Made by a program: the position numbers and the translations under genes
Source: Pecten maximus
Lineage: Eukaryota
Direction of reading: 5' to 3'
NCBI RefSeq assembly: GCF_902652985.1
Contig: NC_047019.1
Coordinates: forward strand, 14,254,097-14,318,096
Length of the DNA stretch: 64,000 nt
Notes under the pieces: generated by a model
What the model was told of the DNA's origin: nothing
Databases searched by the model: none
Seen by the model: the letters and a program-made list of their open reading frames with translations, nothing else
Part shown: one piece after another, positions 37,501 through 49,500 of the stretch
How the letters are laid out: every line of letters begins with the position of its first letter
Numbering within the stretch: the stretch's first letter is position 1

Positions 37501-40500
37501 GAAATCAGCGTTCGGTGAGTAAATTTTACGGAACTATAAAACAACCGGACCATTTTTAAACACGAACAATTAGCGATGGCTTCACTCATATTCAAAGTGT
37601 GACGTTTCAAACTTATACATAAATATCCAAGTAAATCGATTATTTGTCATTCAATCATGCATTCTCCAACCGATCGGCATTCCGTATTTTATATGCACAT
37701 AACGTAAACGCACGTGTCTTTAGCAGAAAAGCCTAACGACTTACGTAAGTGTGCATTGTACTTCTTTTGTTTTATCTGTTAAACGCGATATAAGTGTTTT
37801 GTAACCGATACATATTCTGTTTAATTATCAAGAAAACATCGATCTATTGTCAACCATGAATAATTCGAAGTCCCGCTGTATCGAAGTTTTTCTGTTAGTC
37901 CCTTGAACTTCGAAACATCGAAGTTTGACTGTATATTGATATCTATAACAATATATCTGTGTTATTTTGTAACCTTCACCTCTGATGTCCAATATTATTA
38001 TATATTGATATCTATAACAAAATGTCTGTGTTATTTTGTAACCTTCACCTCTGATGTCCTATTGATATCTATAACAATATATCTGTGTTATTTTGTAACC
38101 TTCACCTCTGATATCCTATTTATATCTATAACAATATATCTGTGTTATTCTATAACAATATATCTGTGTTATTTTGTAACCTTCACCTCTGATGTCCTAT
38201 ATATATTTATATCTATAACAATATATCTGTGTTATTTTGTAACCTTCACCTCTGATGTCCTATATATATTGATATCTATAACAATATATCTGTGTTATTT
38301 TGTAACCTTCACCTCTGATGTCCTGTATATATTGATATCTATAACAATATATCTGTGTTATTTTGTAACCTACACCTCTGATGTCCTATTGATATCTATA
38401 ACAATATATCTGTGTTATTTTGTAACCTTCACCTCTGATGTCCTATATATATTGATATCTATAACAATATATCTGTGTTATTTTGTAACCTTCACCTCTG
38501 ATGTCCTATAATGAAGCTTATGTATATAAGCTAAGTTTAAACTGACAAATCATAAGTCTATGTTTATTAATTCATATATTAATAAACCTTGATCTTTATA
38601 ATTATCAAGAAGTACTTGTGAGGCATATTGACTTATTCAGAGTGATACAATATAGATAGGCCCAAGTAGGGCCAGTTTGTTGACGGTTATGATATATACA
38701 GTATCGGGGCCGGGCAGGCCTAGGTCAATAAGTGATTTGATTGGTCAACAGAATTTGGCAAGCATCTTTTGTTTTAGTGGGGAATGGCTAACGCAGCGTT
38801 TTAATCAGCAATTTATAACCACTCATCTACAACATCTACGAATTTAAATCATGGATATTTCTTACGGTACAAGACTTCAGCATTTGAGATTCTCTCTATT
38901 TGAGAAGTTTGCAGACTGTGGATTGTTTTAATAGCAGTTGCTGAAACCACTTTTGTTCGGACCCTTTCCCCCCCGAGACCCGAGACGATGGCATCGACAA
39001 GGCAGGACAATACTTCATCCAGCAAACGCAGGAACCGATCTAATAATACGCCTTGGGACTCTAACAACCCAAAAAATTGGACTATCCAAAGACTAAAAAG
39101 TGAACTGGAAAATTTAGGAATTCACGGCTCATTCATGGGTATGACCAAAACGGCATTACGCAATCTCTACTTGGACAATGTGAATAGAGGAACCCAATCA
39201 ACGAACTATGAAATATTACCTCGTGTGAATAATGCTTCCGAGGAAGATCTTGGTAATAATGAGACTGACGATTTACCGTCAAGTAGTGCTTCACAACATA
39301 ATTCTAATGTGACCGAGGAACTACGTGCAGAAGCGGACCAAATCGCACAGTCATCCCAGTCAGGTAGTGATCAGTCGGCCCGTGCAACATCCCCGCCTGG
39401 TGGCGATAGCAGCAGCACAACGCGTAGGGATATTTCCAATATGGCGGCGCCCATGACAGATGTGCAAAATTTACAAAAAACGGTCATCGAGCTGCAACAA
39501 ACTGTGATTTCGATGATGAATGGCAGGAATACAAACCGTGAAATCACCAGTGGACATGCTTCCTCAGGATTTACATTATCTACAGCTATGGCGGCGATGA
39601 GGAACAATGAATGCGATAGCAACAGGATCTCTGCCACGTCAATGAATCCAGGTGGGTACAGTCTACCTCGTTCAAAATATGGCGTACCCGCCGAATGTAT
39701 TCCACATGTCGATGTCGTATCGGAGAACACACAAAGGAAGATATGGGAAGGTAGAGATATCAATCTAGCTAGCCTGTTAATTCCCTGTTTTGAGACGTGT
39801 CGGAATGCCGGTGACGATTTCGGGGGGTTACATGGTATTACTATAAACATAAATCAGAATGAAGATCGGGATCCACGCCTGAATAAAGCTTTGAGCATAG
39901 CAGAGTTCATTACTGCGTTTGGAAAATACAAAAGAGTACTGTGTACAAAATTCCCGGACCGCAGACCAGAATTAGACACATACGAGGCTAACATTATAGA
40001 AATTTCGAATATTTATGGCCCTCGTTTCTACGATTACCATTGCCAATTTTCTGCAAGGGCAGCAGCAGCATTGAGGGATAACAACATTAAAGTAGATTGG
40101 GCAGTGAAAGACAATGGCCTACTGAATATGGTTATTGGTAATACCAAAGCCAATACTTGCAATTTGTGTGGGTTGACTACTCATTCAACACCCTTCTGTC
40201 CACAACAGCGTAACAAATCGTGGAATAACAACAAACAGCAACAAGGGCGAAAGGATGTGGATAAGCATGGCCGTCCTAAAATCAAAGTCAATGGCCAAGA
40301 AGTTTGTAACAATTTCAACAACGGTAAATGCACACGGGGAGACAATTGTTTCTTTGCACACGTGTGTTCCAATTGTCAAGCCAACAACCATGGAGCTAAT
40401 GCGTGTAAGAAAAACAAACAACAATGACAAACGGTTATGCCTGACAGGCCCTCTACACCTTTAAACATTGAGAGGTTAGCCGAAGAATTACAGAACCATC

Positions 40501-43500
40501 CCGACAGGCATTTCGTGGACTATTTAATAGAAGGACTTAAGCAAGGTTTTGATACAAAGGTGTCAACTACCTCTCTTCCCACTAAGGAATGTAAGAACTT
40601 ACAATCTGCCAACAATAATGCTGCCATAGTAGATACTCTTATTTCCTCCGAGTTAGAGAAAGGGTTTTTATGTGGACCATTCCAACGACTTCCATTTGAG
40701 CATTACAGAGTCAGCCCCATTGGAGTTGCTATTGGGAAATACTCAAAGAAACCTCGATTGATCGTGGATCTATCTTCCCCTCATGAAGATACTGATCATC
40801 CATCCATCAATGAACTTATCGACAAAGAACAATGTTCATTAAGCTATGTTAAGATAGACGATGCGGTTAATATAATTCAATCATTAGGAAGAAATACTAC
40901 AATGTGTAAAACTGATATATCAGACGCGTTCAAACTGATACCTATTCATCCTAGTCAGTGGCATTTATTTTGTGTTCAGTGGAAGGGAAGCTATTATTTT
41001 TATAACAAGCTAGCATTCGGGTGCAGATCAAGCCCTAAGATTTTTGACACCCTATCAGAAGCCGTGTGTTGGATAGCACAGCACAATTACGGAATTTCCC
41101 ACATCATGCATTTGTTAGACGATTTCATCACTTTCGATGGCCCAGGCGTATGTGGGGAACGCAACATGGCTCTACTTTACCTGATTTTCAACAGATTAAA
41201 TATTCCCATGGCCAAACACAAAACTTGTGGACCAGAAACTGTCATAGAGTATTTGGGTATTATTTTGGATTCTATCAATATGGAGGCACGGTTACCAGTG
41301 GACAAATTGGTAAGAATTACAGAATTCTTGACTGACTTCCTAAGTAAGTCATCGTGTACCAAGAGGGAGATGCTACAATTGCTTGGTCACCTCAACTTTG
41401 CAAGTAGAGTCGTGATACCCGGTAGAGCATTCGTTTCCCACCTGATTCGATGTTCTACCACAGTTAAACACCTTCATCATTATATCAGGATAAACAATGA
41501 TTGTAGAGAGGATATTAGAATGTGGAGGCAATTCTTACTACATTGGAATGGTGTGTCTATGTTCTATAATACGCGAGTTATAACTTCTGATGACTTGCGT
41601 CTGTTCACAGATGCATCAGGTACTCGTGGATTTGGCGGTATATTTCAACAAGAGTGGTTCGCTGAACCATGGCCTACAAGTCTACGTGAATCGGTGTCGC
41701 AAGTAGATGAATTATCTATCGCGTTTAAGGAACTTTATCCGATTGTGGTAGCAGCATTATTGTGGGGTCACAAATGGGTTGGCCAGCGTATCGTATTTAT
41801 GTGTGATAACTCTGCTACAGTGGCTATTCTTCAGAAAGGCCGCTCCAAATCAGCTCACATTATGCCACTTATGAGAAGACTAACTTTGTGTGCTGCCACT
41901 CATAATTTCTGCATATTATCTAAACATGTCCCAGGTAGACACAATGTGATTGCTGATTCTCTGTCTCGATTACAGTTGCAGAAATTTCGACACCTGGTTC
42001 CAACAGCCTGCAAGTACCCACGCACAGTTCCAGCTCCAGCACACATCTTGTGGAGCTCCAGCCTGTAATTAAGGAGTTGTGGGATTCCGCGATAGCTCCC
42101 AGCACCAGATCGACGTATCAGACAGGTTTCAACTTGTTTATTAGATTCCTTCTAATGACAGGTGTTATAGTGTGTGCAAGTGCAGTTAAAGACATTCGTG
42201 TGACAGAAGACTTGTTGATTTATTTTGCCGCGAATTGCTTCACTAATAACTTATCTTACAGTACAGTTAAACTATATATTTGTGGCATTCGTTTCATGTG
42301 TCTTCAACAGAACATTAGTTATCCAGTCGGAACAGACTTGCCTCGTCTTTTTTCCATCATGAATGGTATCAAAAGATCACAAGCTAAGCCTGTCAAACCA
42401 CGTTACCCTGTTACATTTACGATTTTGAAACAAGTTTGTGACTTCTTGAGGAAGAACAATGGGAATTTCAACGATTTGTTATTGGAAACGGTGTGTACAG
42501 TTGCATTTTTTGGTTTCCTTAGATGTGGGGAGTTCACTGTAAATAACAATTTTGACTCTACTATTCATTTGTGCATGAAAGACTTAACCATTTTACAAGA
42601 TTGTGTGGTGTTGACACTGAAGTCGTCAAAAACTGACCCCTTCAGGAAAGGTATAGCCATTAAATTGTTCAAAATTGATCATGATATTTGCCCACATAAG
42701 GTGTGTAGCAAGTATGTCGCAGCAAGACTCATCATTTGTCATGGTCCGTCTCCAGCAGATCCTTTGCTTGTGACTCGAGATGGCAATGCTTTATCACGTT
42801 ATACCTTTATTAATATGTTTAAGCACACTCTAAAATGTGTAGGTATTGACCCAACAAATTATAATGGGCATTCATTCAGGATTGGCGCAGCTACTTCTGT
42901 GGCTGCTGTCAGCATAGAAGATCATATGATCAAAGTTTTAGGAAGATGGTCATCTGATGCCTACTGCAGATACATCAGAACGCCACAGGATGCCATTAGG
43001 CAAGCTCAGAAATCTATGGTATTGGCTAAAGGTAATGTTAATTAGGGTATAGCTTAACAATATATAGCTTATACCCCTAATTTACCTATAACATTTACTA
43101 ATATTTTTGGGGCACTCAGTTCAATTCAGTATCATTTAACTGAGTCTTGGACTCTCATTCAAAATTTTAATAGATTCAATTTTTCTTTTCATCCCCAAAA
43201 AATTATACTTGAGAAATCTTTACATTATATTGCAAGTATTATATTGTTATCATACTATTCCTACTGCTTTTTGCTGATGTATCATCCGAGGTACATAGGT
43301 GGAGAATAAGGAATTCATTTACAAATTAAGTTACATATTAATTATTACTTAAATCTTATTCGGAAGTATGTACATGCGTGTAGCTCAGCAAGCTACAACG
43401 AATGAGATTTAGGTATATTGTTTTCAACCTGCTCAAAGTCAGTTTTTTGGAACTCACCATTCCTTATTCGGACCTGTAGCTCAGCAAGCTTCACCGAGAT

Positions 43501-46500
43501 GAGGAATAGTATAAACGGGATGAATTATATTATCTTACTGCTGTATGACTGATTCCGCATCCAGACCTGGTAGCTCAGCAAGCTACCCTGTGATGGGGAA
43601 TTCGGCTCAATCCTAGTTAAGTTCAGATGTGGTCCTCTTCTGCATTCATATACTCATCAGTATAATCTAGCCAAGTACTGTTCATCCTCTCATATTGTTG
43701 ACGGTCTGCTAGACTCTTAGATGAGGACTCATACTGGACTCTAAACTATCTTTCTCCTGGGTGTCAGTTACCATTTTTTATACATGTATTTATCGTTCAA
43801 TCCAGGAGAAAGATATTTAGTTGTTATAATATATATATAGTAACTGAGTTGCCCTTTTTGCCAAACAATATATATGTAATAAGTTTAATAATATGTTCTG
43901 TTTGTTAAATGGAAATTGTCAAGTTCAGTCATGTTTTATGCATACAATAAATGTATATATGTTTATATCTGTCTTTTTGTGATTTGTGCAGTTTAAAATG
44001 AAGCTTATGTATATAAGCTAAGTTTAAACTGACAAATCATAAGTCTATGTTTATTAATTCATATATTAATAAACCTTGATCTTTATAATTATCAAGAAGT
44101 ACTTGTGAGGCATATTGACTTATTCAGAGTGATACAATATAGATAGGCCCAAGTAGGGCCAGTTTGTTTACGGTTATGATATATACAGTATCGGGGCCGG
44201 GCAGGCCTAGGTCAATAAGTGATTTGATTGGTCAACAGAATTTGGCAAGCATCTTTTGTTTTAGTGGGGAATGGCTAACGCAGCGTTTTAATCAGCAACC
44301 ACCACCATCCCCTGCCACCAACCAGATTTTTAACTACCGGTTTTAATTAACCTTTTCAGTGGCATGGGCATTGGAAGCGAGAGATAGTTAAAGCTTTATA
44401 CATGTTACATGATGATGTTTTCTATCTAGATATATGACACTCTTAACTATGGTGTTTTGTTTTGTTTGGTTCTTGGAGCAGTTACGATGTTAATAAATTT
44501 GGGACTTTTATGCTCATTCAATTGATGACTGAACTCTCATTCAAAATGTAATGATTCAATTTTCTTTCTCCCCAAAAATTTACTGAGAAATCTTACACTA
44601 TATGCTAGATTATATTGTTTTCTTCCCACGCTTTTCTGAGTGTATCATCCAGTACAGGTGCAGTTAGGTCATTTAAATTATTCATATTTTTACTTAACAT
44701 TTTTGGAAGTCATGTACATGCGTGTAGCTCAGCAAGCTACAAAATGAGATTGGGTATTGTTTTCAACTGCTCAAGTCAGTTTTTGGAATCCACATTTTAT
44801 TCGTGTACCACACTTTTACAAAATGAGATTTTTATAAAAGATACTTAAAAATTGTTTCTGTTTCCGCATCAATGGGAAATCCCGTGATGGGGAATTGGCT
44901 CTTCCCATTGTTGTTGGTCTGGTTCCTCCGGTACTCGTTTCTCCATAACCTCCCATTTTAAAGGTCCGGGGGGTTAATAGGATTAAGGGAAAAAAAAATT
45001 TTTCCCTTTTGTCATAAAAGTTTTATACTTCAAAAGGAAAAAATTTTTGTATTTTTATTGAAATAATTTCTTTTCAAAAATATTCTTTTTAAGTTAATAT
45101 ATTTAAATTTTTTTGAATTTTAAATTCAACATGTTTTTGCTTTTAAGTTTATTCAGTTCTTTTTTTTGTGATTTAAATTTTTACAAAATTGTGTTTTTTT
45201 TAATTTCGAGCGTTTAAAAAGAATTTAAAAAAGTGTTAATTTGAAAATTACCGGGGAAATTTCAAAAAGGGGGGGGAACAATTTTTTTCAAAAATGTAAT
45301 TGGGGGTTTTTTTCCCCGGGATATTTTAAAAATTTGGAAAGGGTTTTTTTGGGGGTTTTTTTTTTGGAAAAAAAGGGGAATTTTGGGGGGGGAAAAAAAC
45401 CCATAAATAAGGGAAAAACCTTTCCCTTTTAAAAATGGATTTTTAAAATTTTTTAAAAAAAAGTTTGTAACCTTCACCTCTGATGTCCTATTTATATCTA
45501 TAACAATATATCTGTGTTACTTTGTAACCTTCACCTCTGATGTCCTATTGACATCTATAACAATATATCTGTGTTATTTTGTAACTTTCACCTCTGATGT
45601 CCTATTGACAGGATGTTTTTACTGTAAGTGTGGGGAATGTTCCTGCCAAAGCTACTGTTGTCATCAAGATCACCTATGTCACAGAGCTGCAGGTTGAAGG
45701 TGACCTTGTCAGCTTCCGTCTCCCAGGCACCTTAGCACCATGGAAACAGAACTCTCAGAACACTGAGGTAATTATACAACCAAACCATAAAAAAATACTC
45801 TTGAAAGGAAAAATCACAGATAAAAATTCCATTGTGAAAACTGGACAGTTTGTCAACCCTTAACTGTGAACAAATTGTATCATCTCTATGACAATACATG
45901 ATTGTGTAAGGGAGACTGGACTGATGTTATAAAGAATTTTATCATGATTTTATGAGGAAAATTAACAGGTAATATGTATGTTACTACAACTGTTACAATT
46001 GACTATACAGTGAAACCTGTCTATACCAACCACTGCCTTGAATGACTTTCTGTAACATCCAACCATTGTCAACAGTGGCAAAATGCTCAACTGTCATGGC
46101 TGATACTATATTGTCTCTCTGTTATATCTGACACGTTTACTCAGTCCTGTACACGTTCAGTTAGGTCAGGTCTCTCTATACATGTATCCTTATTTTCTAC
46201 ACAGGATATCGAATGCACTGTCATGGTAGCTGTGGACATGCCCTTTGACCTCAAAAATATCCACAGCCCAACTCACAAAATTATGATTGCGGTATGTATA
46301 TAAACCTACTTATATGTTTATGTTCAGTTCTTCATTCCTTGGAAATCGATTCCGACATGTTTGGTTACTGTGATATTCCAACACTTAAATCACTATAAAT
46401 TATGACCTTTTTTTTCAAAAGAAATGAAAACAGATAACCAAAAAGATTGATTTCTAGCTTTTGAGCCATTACAATATGGAATATTCATGTAGGTGTGCAG

Positions 46501-49500
46501 TTGCCTGGTACTGATTGTAGGTCAGTGGTTTTTCTCCGGGTACTCTGGCTTTCCTCCACCTCCAAAGCCTGGCACGTCCTTAAATGACCCTGGGTGTTAA
46601 TAGGACTTTGAAGAAAACAAACAAAATTCACAATTGTTGTCAAATAAATAAAGTTTATATTCAAAAAGAAATAACCCGGTGTTTCTTGGTATTGAAATAA
46701 AATCTTACAGTCATAAAATTATTCTTATTGAAGTCTCCCAAAATATATTTGCAAAGATTCAATCAATTCCTGAGATACCTAAATTCACACAATGAATTAT
46801 GCTTTTGTAACGTTCTCAATTCAGTTCATTTTCTTCACATAAATTGTTATTGTAACCAGTGTGTATACAATACATGATTTGAATATTTTTGTAGGATTTC
46901 GATGGCGGTAAAGCAAAGAGAGTAGACAGCAGAAAGGTTTGACATTTTCTATCATACATTGCTGCAGCTGATATATATTGTATAAAGAACTTGTTTTAAC
47001 AATCTATTTCTAATTAACACTCACACTAAACCAGTAGATTTAATATGATGTGATATTCATTACACCTAAGATTTTGAGATTTTAATTCTATTAAGACTAA
47101 ATTCAATTTCTCAGGAAGTGCCTCAAATATTTCACGTGAAGTTTTCCTTTTATCCTAAGTTATGCAATTTAGATTGAACAAAAGGATGGCCGACATATAT
47201 TGCTTTATTGGCATCAGACAGTTAAGTTCTCTATTTCTCTGAAAGTCCTTTGAGGAATTTTGTTAGAATTTTATTGATAGAAAATCAAGATGACTGACAG
47301 AAGGCCAAGTTAGATTTTGAAGAACATGCTTACTTATTCAGCTCAAAGGATCTACAGCTCTCGTGGTGATGGATCCAGATCTACAAATAGGTGAGGGTTT
47401 CCATCTGCTTCTGGAGTTAGCCGAGGCTCATGTCCCTCGCATGTGGGTGGAGCAGAACGAAGAAAATACGTCTAATCAGGTGAGAGATATTCGCATTATA
47501 AAGTGGTTACCCTGATAATCTGAAAATTTTCTCCTTTAAAAAAGAATAATAATGAGTATGAGTCAGAAAATAATAGATATTTGTTTCTGAGGTAGGTTGG
47601 ATAAAATAATGAGTGGTTTGTGGTAATCTTATTTAAAATCCTATTTATGTACATGTCTCTAGTAATACCTGAATACCTGCCCAGAGAAAGAATGGATTGT
47701 CCTGTCCATTTCCCATCCATCTGTTAAACTTTTACCTTTCTTTGTTTCTCGGAGGAGGGGAGGGCTTGTTTTCTCACATACTTCACAGAGTTATCTCACG
47801 GTTGCTAGGGAAAAGATAAATCAATCAATCTCACACAGGGAGCGATGGGCATCATTTTACGTTGAGTAATCAAGTTGTAAATGATGACGTCATCAATTTT
47901 GAGGCACATTCCAAGGAAGATTGAAGATGGCGAGATAAAAAACTTTTATAAAAACTTACATTTGCTTGCATGGATGTAAGAAAAATAATCACAGATGGGT
48001 CTGTTCTGCGAACAAGGATATCTCGACCCTCGTGTAAGAGTTTGGCAAGCCTCGTGCTGACTGGCCAAACTCTTACACTTAGATATCCCCCTCAAAACAG
48101 ACCCATGATAGATTCTATTATACTTTATTAAACATTAATGTTTCACTTAGATTATTTTGTTTTTGTTATGAATTAATTTGGTTAATATTTTTCCTAGGCA
48201 TGCATGTTGACATTCTATCCGGAGTTTGAAGCTTGTGAGGACAATCAGGCAGAGGTTATCCTCATGCTGGATCTGTCCAACTCCATGACGGATAAGGGAC
48301 TGACTGAGGCCAAGAAAGTGCTCCTCCTCATCCTACACTACCTACCCAAAACATGGACATTCAATGTCATCATCTTCGGGACAAGTAAGTACAAAATTAA
48401 AACTTCAATATATCACCTCCTGGACCATGAGTAAGTCTGAGAAACCAGGATACAATTACAATTACAATTATAACAAACAATTACAAAAACAAAGAAAAAA
48501 TAATTAGAAAAAAAGGAATCAACTATGCTGGCATATGACTGATTGAGAACTTTGAAACAAAGACCAAAGCAAAAAAATCTTCTTTTTTTTTTTTAAAACT
48601 AAGCTAGCATATTAATATGACTGATGACAACTCTGAATTGAAATATATTAGACAGTGTTCTAGCTGAATGGGTGAATTTTTGTTGTCTTAGGTTAATTGG
48701 AGTCTGGCTCTATTAGATTAATGATCATGATATTAATATATTTCTTCTATCTTCATCAGCTTTTCGTGAACTTTTCCCATCGAGCCAACCAAAGAACAAA
48801 TCCAATGCCACGGCAGCTGAAGTTCTGATACAGGTCAGTACACAAACAACACATTAGCAAATTCGGGAGAATTAAACTTTTTTCAAAGCTCTTCAGATCA
48901 GAATCTGCTTTTGTAATAATCTTTCAAGGATCACCTTAATGAGTAAATGGGCTGTGTGAACATTAAGGATCAAATTATGGTTATAATAATACATCTGGAA
49001 TATTTTTATGGAAAGCAAGATTTGAGGGAAATGTTTATCATAAGAGGATTACAATGTATGAATTGTGATAAATTAAAACAATCATTGTATAAATAGGTAG
49101 GATCTTACAAAGGAATAGCATAACAACCCGCAAACAATCCAGTCACTGCCATTTCTTCAGTGTCATTTACTCCAACAATGTTAGAGAGGTTCAACACGGC
49201 GAGAACTTTTGACAGATGCAGTTGACACAATAAGGTCAAATGATAAATCGGCCAGCCAGCGGCCACTTATGTTATAGGAGTACCGTGTTATTATGTTATT
49301 GATAAGAAATGTCTGTTTTTATTTGTAGTCTGTGGATGCAAATATGGGAAATACGGATTTGTACCGACCTTTACACTCATTTTACCTCCTCAAACCGGAG
49401 AACACATTACGGAACATTTTCCTTGTGTCTGACGGGCATATCAACCATCAAGATGTTACCATGGATACAGTGCACAAAAACTCCCAGCATACACGAGTGT

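Larger units (their letters stand above)
38507..44930 (+). mobile_element. Ngaro-like, DIRS-order tyrosine-recombinase retrotransposon of about 6.4 kb with the structure A1-ORF1(Gag)-ORF2(RT/RNaseH)-ORF3(YR)-B1-A2-B2. It appears intact
   Basis: Three long open ORFs in the order and overlap expected for DIRS-like elements. Split direct repeats: A1 38507-38815 and A2 43994-44306 are identical apart from 1 mismatch. B1 43046-43993 is followed after A2 by a partial, diverged B2 (about 44480-44930). No methyltransferase domain and direct rather than inverted termini, so Ngaro-like rather than DIRS1-like. The 3' boundary is uncertain. Confidence 0.8.

Noticed and set aside
36489-38511. 189-aa and 202-aa + ORFs ([17 protein letters not shown] repeats)
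   Set aside because: Translations of the 52-bp satellite, not genes.
39371-39850. 159-aa minus-strand ORF inside the element
   Set aside because: Antisense to the Gag ORF1, with no motifs. It is a chance open frame.
40181-40464. Small ORFs overlapping the ORF1/ORF2 junction
   Set aside because: Alternative frames of the Gag and RT ORFs. Too short and without motifs.
45241-45477. 63-aa and 71-aa ORFs
   Set aside because: They lie wholly inside the homopolymer-stuttered artefact-like block.
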